Origin: Eukaryota sp. GEM-RC1
Lineage: Eukaryota
Direction: 5' to 3'
Assembly: GCA_040285855.1 (NCBI GenBank)
Contig: JAUFOQ010000013.1
Location: forward strand, 124,001-188,000
Length of the DNA stretch: 64,000 nucleotides
Positions 26,096 through 36,395 of this stretch are shown piece by piece. Under the pieces are notes generated by a model, which worked only from the letters and a program-made list of their open reading frames with translations, did not search any database and was not told the DNA's origin. The number at the start of each line of letters is the position of its first letter. Positions within the stretch are counted from its first letter, which is position 1. The translations under genes were made by a program, and so were the position numbers.

Positions 26096-26544
26096 TTGAA
26101 GAGATTTTATACAATTTAAACTTCAATTCATAACCAACATATGAAGTTAGAACTTCTCTAGTTGATGCATAGTTGGTAATCACAAACTATTGGGGTCTGT
26201 CAAGAAATGAGTTTATGTGTAAATACAACCAAACAACACATAACTAAGTTACAGAAAACTACCTTCAAAATGATTGTGACTTGTTTAATGACTCATGGTT
26301 AATGGGTATTTCTAAGTCTGACGTAATGATATCGAAACGTTTTGAATCGAGAGATGTCAGTCGCTTTTGATTGTTGATTTAACACCAGAAGTAGTGATGC
26401 GGTGTCGTTTACTTCAAAGACTAGACTTGAACACTATGACTGGCAAATATTGTCACTATTAACGTTCTATTTGTTGTAAGGATTTGAGATTTGTGTACGT
26501 TATGATATTTTATCCAGAATAATTATTGAAGAAACAGATTTATA

Positions 26545-26560
26545 AGTGTTGAAAAACACC
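26545..26560 (-). terminator. Histone 3' stem-loop (H4)
   Basis: GGTGTT-TTTC-AACACT, 21 nt after the stop codon. Confidence 0.85.
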
Positions 26561-26581
26561 ATTTAATTGAAGGGAAACAAC

Positions 26582-26893
26582 CTAAACACCAAAACCGTAC
26601 AAGACACGTCCATGACGTTTCAAAGCATAAACAACATCCATAGCAGTGACAGTCTTCCTTCTAGCATGCTCACAATAAGTAACTGAATCACGGATGACGT
26701 TTTCCAAGAAAGTACGGAGAACGGTACGAGTTTCATCATAGATAAGAGCAGAGATACGTTTAACACCACCACGGCGAGCTAGACGACGGATAGCGGGCTT
26801 TGTGATACCCTGAATGTTTTCACGAAGAACTTTGCGATGACGTTTAGCTCCACCTTTACCAAGACCTTTACCACCTTTACCACGACCAGCCAT
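26582..26893 (-). CDS. H4: Histone H4
   Basis: [24 protein letters not shown]... near-canonical H4. Confidence 0.99.
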   Translation of the reverse strand: MAGRGKGGKGLGKGGAKRHRKVLRENIQGITKPAIRRLARRGGVKRISALIYDETRTVLRTFLENVIRDSVTYCEHARRKTVTAMDVVYALKRHGRVLYGFGV

Positions 26894-26970
26894 TAGAACA
26901 GATAATATGGAGAAGATTCAACATTTTGGAAGTTGAACTGAGATTGTCAAATTGTTGTGCATGAAAGAAT

Positions 26971-26980
26971 TTCTCGTGTT
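26971..26980 (-). promoter_or_regulatory. Histone upstream box (AA)CACGAGAA of H4
   Basis: About 80 nt upstream of the ATG. The same core occurs upstream of H3, H2B and H2A. Confidence 0.55.
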
Positions 26981-27197
26981 GAAGTCTTTGTTCATTGCTC
27001 AACACTTCTAAGCGATTTGTTACATACCATGAAACAGTTTATGATCTGGTGTGACACGAACTACAAGTGAAACATTTAGGAGTTTATCGGACAGTGTTGA
27101 AATAAACCAGTTCGAGTATTAACCACAATGGACAATTCAGTCAATGTTATGTAACAAAACAGAAAGAAACTAACAGGTTTTTTTATAGAATAGAAAC

Positions 27198-27213
27198 AGT
27201 GTTGATAAACACC
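27198..27213 (-). terminator. Histone 3' stem-loop (H3)
   Basis: GGTGTT-TATC-AACACT, 13 nt after the stop codon. Confidence 0.85.
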
Positions 27214-27226
27214 ATCGATTAAATAC

Positions 27227-27634
27227 TTAGAAATCCGAACGAATTCTCTTGGCTAAAGCCATATCCTTGGGCATAATGGTAACCCTTTTAGCATGAATGG
27301 CACACAAGTTAGTGTCTTCAAAAAGACCAACTAGATAAGCTTCAGCAGCTTCTTGAAGAGCTGAAATACCAGTGGCTTGGAAACGGAGTTCTCCCTTGAA
27401 TTCCTGAGCGATTTCACGAACTAAACGTTGGAAAGGCAGTTTACGGATAAGCAATTCAGTAGATTTTTGGTACTTTCTGATTTCACGAAGAGCAACTGTT
27501 CCAGGACGATAACGATGGGGTTTCTTGATTCCACCAGTAGCAGGAGCTGCTTTACGGGCAGCTTTATGAGCCAAATGCTTTCTGGGGGTCTTGGCAGAAG
27601 TGGTTTTACGAGAAGTTTGCTTAGTACGAGCCAT
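27227..27634 (-). CDS. H3: Histone H3
   Basis: MARTKQ...[39 protein letters not shown]. Confidence 0.99.
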   Translation of the reverse strand: MARTKQTSRKTTSAKTPRKHLAHKAARKAAPATGGIKKPHRYRPGTVALREIRKYQKSTELLIRKLPFQRLVREIAQEFKGELRFQATGISALQEAAEAYLVGLFEDTNLCAIHAKRVTIMPKDMALAKRIRSDF

Positions 27635-27690
27635 GATAAGATGAAGTCATGGCAATTGTAAGGTTTTCGAACATTTCAAGGTACTCAGGA

Positions 27691-27730
27691 ATTCTCGTGC
27701 AGAGAATTTTGTAGTGCTTATTGTCGTGTT
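27691..27730 (-). promoter_or_regulatory. Histone upstream boxes of H3 (CACGAGAAT and AACACGACAA)
   Basis: ATTCTCGTG at 27691-27699 and TTGTCGTGTT at 27721-27730 on the + strand. Confidence 0.55.
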
Positions 27731-27935
27731 GGATTCATCTTCATTGAAGTGTGGTGTTTTCCCATGGTATAGGTTGTTTCAGTGGTAGTTGCCCAGCAGA
27801 CTTATATTGTAACAGTAATGATGCTCAGAATCTTTACCGATCGATGTGAGTTATTTTGATGATATTGAATCACATGTTGTGATGTGTTAAACAGAAAACA
27901 TGAGGAATACAAAGTAGAAGAAATTAGTTTATAAA

Positions 27936-27951
27936 AGTGTTGATAAACACC
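27936..27951 (-). terminator. Histone 3' stem-loop (H2B)
   Basis: GGTGTT-TATC-AACACT, 15 nt after the stop codon. Confidence 0.85.
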
Positions 27952-27966
27952 GATAATTGAAAGAAC

Positions 27967-28395
27967 CTATTCAGCTTCTCCAGAAGAACTAAACTTGGTA
28001 ACAGCCTTGGTTCCTTCAGAAACAGCATGCTTGGAAAGTTCACCAGGTAGAAGAAGTCTAACAGCAGTTTGAATCTCGCGAGAGGACAGAGTGTTTCTCT
28101 TGTTAATACGGGCAAGACGAGAAGCTTCAGTAGCAATACGTTCGAAGATGTCATTGACAAAAGAGTTCATGATACCCATGGCTTTGGTTGAAATACCAGT
28201 ATCGGGATGAACTTGACGCAAAACACGGTAGATATAGGTAGCCCAGGTCTCCTTACGGGCCTTCTTACGCTTAACTACAACAGGGGCACCACCTTCGGCA
28301 ACGGCTTTAGCGGGAGCCTTTGAAGGAGCTTTGGCTGGTACACCTTTGATAGACTTGGTGGATTTGGTAGACTTTACAGATTTCTTTCCGGGCAT
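27967..28395 (-). CDS. H2B: Histone H2B
   Basis: MPGKKS...[35 protein letters not shown]...[29 protein letters not shown]. The true ATG is at 28395. Confidence 0.98.
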   Translation of the reverse strand: MPGKKSVKSTKSTKSIKGVPAKAPSKAPAKAVAEGGAPVVVKRKKARKETWATYIYRVLRQVHPDTGISTKAMGIMNSFVNDIFERIATEASRLARINKRNTLSSREIQTAVRLLLPGELSKHAVSEGTKAVTKFSSSGEAE

Positions 28396-28465
28396 TGTGA
28401 GTTGAATATTGAGTTTGAGGATTTCTTGGAAGAAGAACAGTTTGAATTCCAATGGGTCGCCACAC

Positions 28466-28500
28466 CACGAGAATCTCGGCCTCACCTGGATTGTCGTGTT
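28466..28500. promoter_or_regulatory. Divergent H2B/H2A promoter boxes
   Basis: CACGAGAAT (+, 28466) and AACACGACAA (-, 28491-28500) within the 146-nt intergenic gap. Confidence 0.55.
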
Positions 28501-28541
28501 CTTTTCTTATGAGAATTCATTTCCACCATAATTCTCTCTCA

Positions 28542-28922
28542 ATGTCTGAAGAAACTGGTGCTCGTACTCTCTCCTACAAAGCTGGACTTCAATTCCCCGT
28601 TGGTCGTATCCGTAGATATCTACGTGAAGGCAAGTATTCCGAACGTGTTGGTGCTGGAGCTCCTGTTTACATGGCTGCTGTCCTTGAGTATCTAACTGCT
28701 GAAGTTTTGGAATTGTCTGGTAACGCTGCAAGAGACAACAAGAAGTCTCGTATTGTTCCTCGTCATATTCTCTTGGCTATCCGTAATGATGAAGAACTTA
28801 GCAAGCTCTTGTCTCATATTATGATTCCTTCAGGTGGTGTTTTGCCTCATATTCACTCTGATTTGTTACCTAAAGGTTCCAGATCTCGCGATACCGCTGA
28901 GTCTGGCTCTCAAGAGATTTAA
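28542..28922 (+). CDS. H2A: Histone H2A with C-terminal SQEI (H2A.X-type) motif
   Basis: [11 protein letters not shown]...[41 protein letters not shown]. Likely ATG at 28542. Confidence 0.98.
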   Translation: MSEETGARTLSYKAGLQFPVGRIRRYLREGKYSERVGAGAPVYMAAVLEYLTAEVLELSGNAARDNKKSRIVPRHILLAIRNDEELSKLLSHIMIPSGGVLPHIHSDLLPKGSRSRDTAESGSQEI

Positions 28923-28935
28923 GTTGTTGACGTTT

Positions 28936-28951
28936 GGTGTTTTTCAACACT
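28936..28951 (+). terminator. Histone 3' stem-loop (H2A)
   Basis: GGTGTT-TTTC-AACACT, 13 nt after the stop codon. Confidence 0.85.
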
Positions 28952-29084
28952 TTTTAAATATAATATAAATCTGTTTTCCATTCATATGGTTACTTTTCGA
29001 ATTTAACGAACCTCCATTAGTGAAGTACGAAACCGATTCTGAAACACTTTGTTTTCTTCTTCCTTCATGTTACACTGACTAAGG

Positions 29085-30040
29085 AGTTTTAACCATACCT
29101 AGGAAATACAGATACACTGTATCCAATATTTGTATCTGTATCATAACATTGATTTGTATCGTGTATTCTGTATTTTGTGTGTTTGGTGTATTTTCTTCAA
29201 ACCCTTCAATTGAAACAGACAAAGAAGGTCCCACCAGTCTACTGCAGTAAAAAACAGTGTCCACAAATTTGCTTCCAAGGTTGAAAAGACATCAGATGTG
29301 GATTGAACTCAAAATTGTTAGATGAGCACACACAATAGCATTTGTTTTTTCCTTATTCCTCAATGTATGTTTGTTCTTTCCAATCATCTCTCTGATGTTA
29401 AAGCAACATCTCCTTTCAGTGTACTGAATAATATCTTAAAGAAGGAGGGAAACCTTATTATAAAGGGAAAAGAAGTTTTTCGAACAACAGTCACACTGAT
29501 GATAACTGAGTTTTGAAGTAATTTACATCCTTAGAATTTAACTGACGTAAAAATAGTTATTTATGTGATACATTAGGGTAGAACGGGAACAAAATGATTT
29601 TTATAAATACAATATATGGACTTCAGGGATGTACCAACATACTAGTATGTTCAACTTATCGAGAGAAATAGAAATGCATTCCCATATAAATGGAAAACAC
29701 AATCCGCTTTTTCCAATCAGACTTTCGAAACTTAGACTTCTTTTCTTTACAAAGTTCTTCAAGATCCTTGTAAAATTGTTCACCAGCAAGACTAATCGAT
29801 CAGGTTGGAAAAAGCGAAAGGTTGGAACAGAAATTTGGAATACATGTGATCCAATATATGTTGAACTGTGTTAAATACAAACTTGTCTAACAACAATGAG
29901 CAGTACAATGCCACGTCAACAGTGGAATCTTATGACCAAGGATGTCCTTGTATCTGTATCTGTATTTTTTATATGTATTCTGTATTTGTATCTGTATTTT
30001 GAAATGTTTTCGTGTATTTCCTAGGTATGGTTTTAACACT
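29085..30040. mobile_element. Non-autonomous TIR element with (TGTATY)n subterminal repeats
   Basis: AACCATACCTAGGAAATAC near 29091 inverted as GTATTTCCTAGGTATGGTT near 30014. A related end lies at about 35700-35790. No clear TSD. Confidence 0.6.
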
Positions 30041-30074
30041 TGAACTTTAATCTTCATATTAGCTAAGTTAAAAC

Positions 30075-30936
30075 TAGAGGTGGGAAATTAATCTCCTCGA
30101 GTAATACTTCAGAAGGAAGTTATGGTGATAGAGCTGATTTTGACTCATTGTGCTTTAAGTTACATCTGTTTTCGTACTGGAGAGTCTGTATATAGCTACT
30201 TTCTAAAGAGCGAAGACATACATATTACTAGAGGTGGGAAACTACATGTACTATACTTGATCTTAGAACCGAAAAGAGCAGTAGATTCTGAAATCTGGAA
30301 GGAGAGATTCACGGGTTTCACGATCATCCAATTCTTAGAATAGTAAGACCCCAATTGTTTCTGGAAAGGTGAGTCAGATCGTTTTCCTGTACTTGTTAGA
30401 GCTACCCATAATTTTTCGAGTGTGCAGCTTTCTTCTCTAGCTACGGAATCCCTTTTCTCAAGTGCAGGCAACGTAGTTAATCTTAGACGTGTTAGTTGGA
30501 ACATTCTATTTTGAGCTTACATTCTTGGAGTTGTTAAAGTTTGAATGATACATCAATACTATTTATCTCGAAATAATCATTGTTGAGTTACACTCAAGTA
30601 TTATTTTAGTTATATTTTAGCACTACTCAAGACTTTTACTCAAGTACTCAAGCACGGGAGGACTCCACGGCATCAGCAGGGGTAGAGCGGCCTCGGAGGA
30701 ACGAGGAGTTTTTCGTTTTAGTGAGCCTGTATTAATAGTTGTCAGATAACACACGAGTAGTAGTGACTTGGGTTAGCGTAAATGCCAATACGTATTGATG
30801 CTAGTAAAGCGAACAAAGTGTTTATGTATCTAGTAAAAGCAAAGAAGGAAGGCTATAATTCTACTTTACATTACCAATGCACATTCATGTACTCACCTTT
30901 TCAAAACAGAGAGTACTCGAGCAATTCCCACCTCTA
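30075..30936. mobile_element. hAT-like MITE
   Basis: TIR TAGAGGTGGGAA ... TTCCCACCTCTA with a degenerate 8-bp TSD (GTTAAAAC / GTCAAGAC). Internal TACTCAAG repeats and an extra left TIR at 30229. Confidence 0.7.
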
Positions 30937-31779
30937 GTCAAGACTTCACTTTGTTCAACAATCACTTTGTACTGACTAGGCAATTTGTCTCTGCCACCCT
31001 AATTTTGAACTTCATATATGATCAAACAAAATTTTATTGGTTATCAAGGGTCATGTGCATCGAATTATGCACATTTATGTAATCAAAATAACTAATCAGT
31101 AACACTAAGCAGGAGATCTACTTACCAAACACAACAGGCATAGTCATCTTCGGTGAACACAATAAACTCATGTATTACCTTTGATTTGGTCATCAAACAG
31201 TTGGGCTAATTAATTGGGATTGTTTTGTGTCGAAATGTGCAATCACATACACAAATTTGAGATGATTAGAGTTTCCAATATTCTTTGCAAATGGTAAACA
31301 CTCATTGTTAGTGCGAAATCGGAAAGTAGAATTTAATAATGTCTTCGGCTTTAGAGCTGAATATAACTGACAATTATTGGAGAAATTAAGCGGTATTTCT
31401 GCCCAAGTACAACCGCAAAATATATTGATGTAAGAAACTTGTATTATTGTTGATTTTAGTGTATATCAACTCCCAACAATGCTGTAAAGTGTATCTAGAA
31501 AACTAATAAGAATCTTTATACATCATCTTCAGAAGGAACGTGTGCGAAGAGAAGGAATGTCATTACCCTAAATCATTTGAGATAATTTACATTTTCAAAA
31601 GAAGTTACTTCCATTCCAGAGTCATTGAGATAAGGGTGGCATTCTTGCATTCAAATTGTGTATTCTGTTTTAAAAAATACAATGTATTTAATAATTAGCT
31701 ATAATAACGACTGCAGTTGTTTGCGTGGTAAAACAGCTTGAAGTTCAAAATGCTAGGAGTTCTACAAAAAGACAACACA

Positions 31780-32030
31780 CTTAATTATAGATAGACCAAA
31801 AAAGAGAGAGATTAGAACAATAACAAGAACTCCAAATCATTACACAAATGAGATTAAAACATAATAATAAAGGTAAATTAAGCGAAGTTCTGAATGGTGA
31901 AAAATTCCTTCCTCCATCGAATAGAACTACACATTGATCAAGTCCTGATATTGAATTACATAAGAGAATTTGGTTACTAAAAATAGCACTGGTTTTTAAA
32001 GGAAAACTTTGGATTAAACGCATCAAATTG
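31780..32030 (-). mobile_element. 3' end relic of an RLE-type non-LTR element
   Basis: Carries TTCTATTCGATGGAGGAAGGAATTTT..CATTCAGAA, related to the 3' motif at about 44445-44485 and 54611-54650. Confidence 0.45.
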
Positions 32031-33059
32031 TGAAATAGTTCACTAAATAACCTCTAATTACAACAACAAATACTCGTATACTCAACAATTAGAGCCAAGT
32101 AAAACAGTGATATCTTGTACAATGAGTTTGTAGAGTTTAATGGGAATTGAAGCAAAAACCAAGTATAATATAGTGTATAGAACTTCGTTTACTTCCCTGA
32201 AAGTAAAGTTCAAGAAAAAAAGCAGATAGCAGTAGATTACGTCACCAAGTAGAGATCATGACGAGAACAACGTGAAGATCAATGGGAGAGGTGACGGACA
32301 GACGACGAAAAGCTACGGCAGTGTGGGGAGAATAGTATGGAGGAGGAGATGAAGTTGACGTTAAGAGACACAAGGAGAGGTAGTAAAAGAATATCGGTAG
32401 ATAGAACCATTAAGACGTTACTACAGAACCAAAGAAAGACCGTCGTTCTAGACTGAAACGATGGTGCGGCAACCACAATGCTTTCAAAACAGCATTCTCT
32501 ATTGAGAGAAGTGCTTCATAATGGTGAGAGAGTCAAATTCTGATTTGTCAATGACGTCATCAACAAGTCTCGTTGGAGGACAGAGGCTTCCCTCGAGACA
32601 TGTGAGAAAGGATAATGGTCTGATATAGATGGATTGTTCCTTTTATAGTCGTTTTGACAAGTGACATGATTGACAATTGAGTGATGATGACATTCTTCAA
32701 TGGAAATTTGTTACTTGTCTGTAACACGCCACTTACAAGTCAATGACTTACTCTTGATTTTTCATTTTATGTCACTTTCCGTTGTTAGCCTTATTGGAAA
32801 CAGACTTATGTGGAAACATTGAATCCTATGAAATTACTTCACAAAGTAAAACATTCCTAGATAGAATAACAGTTTGAATCGAGTTACGCGAATATTTGTG
32901 TCTGCTGAGTCAGTACTCAAGGCGAGTCAAGAAGTTCAGACTCCAGTTGACTCAAATTGCCACCCTGTTCATGAACCATGAATGTAGAAAAATCTATTTA
33001 TTCACATTGAACGGTACTGAAGTAATGATTTTCGTTAAGAAGAAGGACTAGAGCATGAA

Positions 33060-33990
33060 ATAAATAATCTATTCCAATTTTAGATACAATTTCCGAACCA
33101 AGTTTTTGAGTGTTTGATAGACTGTGGAGAACACTACGTTGCCAGGTCATTGCTTCACATCTACTTGTTTTAGGGGCGTAGGTTTCCCAAAGGCAATGTT
33201 TCTTCGTGACGGAGGTTTCTTAGGATGTTTAAAGAATTTCTTGTTTGAGTTTCGTATCTGTTATCCTGATCTTTGGCTTGATCATCGTTTTCTCTTATCT
33301 TTCCCGTGTTCATGGTTGATTAGTCTGCAAAATTAGATTGAGAACCTTGATATTGATTTAGGGGCGTCTATTTTCCCATATCTGTTACTGAGATCCATCA
33401 AAGAAGTTAGTTCTCCTTACCACTATGTGTTCAGAAGTCGCAAAAGCAATTTACCAACTATTATGAAAGCTTGGACTTTTAAAATCGTATTAGCTTTGCT
33501 AAAATCGAGAGTCCCGTTTTTTGTGCTTTTTTGAAAGACATTGCTAGTGATGAGGCTTCTACTTTGATTACTCGATATCTTCAAAGATATAGTTACAACT
33601 CAAAAGATCATGAATGGCTTATCAACATTCGTTTGAGGTTATGTTTATGGCCTGTTGGTCTCCTGCAAAAGTCTACTTGTGTGTGTGTGGTTCTTCTTTA
33701 GCCTCTTTCCATCATGTGGTCAACTGTCATAAATTTATTCATTTAAGAACAATTATTCACAACAGTTTACGTGATCAATGATTAGAACTGTTTAAGAACA
33801 ATGGTTTTCATGGGAAAATCGAACCAGTTTTAAAAAGTTTGTCTGACTCATTTATGAGAGACAAGAGCTGAGGTGATTTGATTGGTCCTTGGTAGTCCTC
33901 GCAGGATATTATCGTGGACTTCACTACGGTTGATCTTTGTAACTCAACTTCTGTTAACAAAATTTTAGACGAGAACTATTCAGTTCTTGA
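33060..33990 (+). mobile_element. Degenerate CRE-like retrotransposon, post-RT and endonuclease region
   Basis: GVGFPKA...GGFLGCLKNFLFEF parallels 12570-12660. Also EWLINIRLRL, HVVNCHKFIHLRTIIHNSLRD, GDL and VDFTTVD. Confidence 0.65.
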
Positions 33991-34939
33991 TAGGAAAAAA
34001 TTAGATCCTAATGGTGAATTAATGTCCAATAAGAATTCTCGCCGACACTTACTTTATGCTTTTCAAAGCATTGTTTAGGTATTTTGATTCGATTTTGAAC
34101 CGTCTCTTTGCATTGAGACATGAATTTGAGATGATGTACAGGTATTGGCGTCTCATTTGTGAATATTGATGATAGTTTATATTTGTATGAGTATACAAAA
34201 GGCATTTTTTATTTTAGATATATAATGTAATGTAATTTTGCGCAGATCGTGGTGTGAAACCTTCATGATGTTGATTATTTAGCTCAAGTCTGTACATAAT
34301 TTCACTTATCTACATTATAAACGCAATATCTAACAGGTAATCTTATATTAGTTATTCTATTGATGGAACAGTCAATAGATGGACTTTAGTGCAATAATTG
34401 TTGAACCGTTATAAACATAAAATCAATTAAATATAGAGCTGTGGCTTTTGATGTAGTTAAGCATATTTAAAACAAAATCAATGGTCAAAGCAGAGCACCT
34501 TCATTACATCCTTGGCAAGTACTTATTCAACAATATCATACAAAGTTGTGTTGACTTCTACTTCTAAGCCTGCTTGGGTGTTCTTTAAGGATGTATTTTT
34601 TCAAGCAAAATGTCAATTAAGTTATGTTCATTCTCTTTAAGTTTCTAACACTATTTGATTCGCTGTACACTAACTATAATAAATGAATACAATCATTGAT
34701 TCTGGAGTGTTGGGTTTCAACTATACAGTAAAACAACCAATGCAGTAACAACCATTTTAACAGCTGAATAAGTGTTAACAGCACAAACAGAGGAGATTAT
34801 ATAATGTTGTTTTCATCAAAATTCTTAATTTGGGAGTCAAGTAATATTTTTGAGACTTTGATAGAAATATAAATCTACCATAACGACGTTGTAGAGCTTT
34901 CCGTTCTTAGTGATATCAAAGTGTCCGTTACCCATTCAA

Positions 34940-35440
34940 GTATTAGAATGGTAACTAAGTTAAAACAATTATTCAAAATCGAGTTTTCTCGTTTTGTTGA
35001 ATTGTCTTCAAGTATTGGTTTGTCAAATAATTTAAAAAATGTCTTGTCATTGAAAGTTCTTCAGTTGATTTCAATTTTGGGGAATATTCCATTCCGTTTG
35101 TCAATTATTCAGATGAATGTGTTAAGTTTTTGGGCAATTATAGTGGTTATGATGACAAAATTACGTAGACTTTACTTCATAATAAAGATATCTTTCAGGC
35201 GCTTAACCAAATTGTTGATCTAGATGTAGGCAAACAATTTTCTTTTGGTGTGCTGCAAGTTTGTTTTGGTGGTAAAATTAATCATTTTTACAACCCGAAC
35301 TAACTCTCGAATTATCTCGTCGTTTTAGTTCTTTGCGCACAAATTTTGTTAGTTATCTAGTTGGTAACAAATGCTCTTCACTTCCGTCTCATTGTTCTAT
35401 TTCTACTTCTTCTGGTGGAATTGGTTTCCGGAAAGCTAAA
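34940..35440 (+). mobile_element. Degenerate CRE-like RT fragment
   Basis: FSRFVELSSSIGL, LQVCFGGKINHF and SGGIGF parallel 12130-12590. Confidence 0.6.
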
Positions 35441-36395
35441 CACATGCAGTGAACGCCAACACGTAACACGGCCTGACACGTCACACACATGTTAACAAAA
35501 AAAGCAAAATTGAGTCTGATGAGGAGTGAGCGACAATTGATAGGTCTCTATTAACTGGAAGGAATTATGAGTAGGAAGAAAGTATATAGGAAACACTTAT
35601 AGACACGAATCTAAATGCATGTACATGTAGGCGATCATCTAACATCATTGTTGTCTATGTACACTATTAAAAATCAGATAATACAACATCATTTAATTGT
35701 TATTTTTGTATTTTAATATATATCTGTATTTTTGTATTTTGTATTTGTATTTTGGTCAAACCCTTGTATTTTCCAGGTACGTTATATAACACAAGAGGTG
35801 AGACCTAATACATTATGTCTGAATCTAACATAGTTGATAATTCATTAACTTTTTTAGGAGATTTGGAGCACTAAATATACATTTGCAAATGGCTGATAAG
35901 CCAAAAATAGAATTGCATTTCAATGAAGTTGCTAACCTCAATCGTGTGATTCGGAAAGAGTCAGCTTCCTAATTTGGTAGAAACGTTTGATTATCTCAAT
36001 GTTTCGATTGTTATCACAATTTGATAGTCATACGCACTTCTGAATAGGAACAACGACTACAGTCTTAGGGCCAGTTTTCGATTATCAAGTAGAAGGGCTA
36101 TTATTTAATGGCTAGTATTTAAGCAAGGTAGGTAGTAAATATCTGAGTTGATAGACGGAAGTTAGTTTTTGTCAGGAGAACTAACATCAAGAGCACAATA
36201 TCAGCAGTCACGTGACAGTAATTGAGTTGATTCAAAAGCGTTATGAGCACGAAAAATAGCTTTGACAAGGATCTTACTGTTCACTACATTGTACATTTTT
36301 AACTTTACATTGTTTTAACTGTTAGTATTTGACGATGTATTTTATAAGTGAAAAAAGTAATTAGATGAAGAATCTGAGGGACTGAAGTCTGCTAA

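Noticed and set aside
28396..28541. N-terminal extensions of H2B and H2A in the ORF track
   Set aside because: They would overlap each other and cover the shared promoter. The histone-like starts are 28395 and 28542.
26582..28922. Histones as viral (Marseillevirus/Medusavirus-like) genes
   Set aside because: Near-canonical unfused eukaryotic sequences with host codon style and stem-loops.
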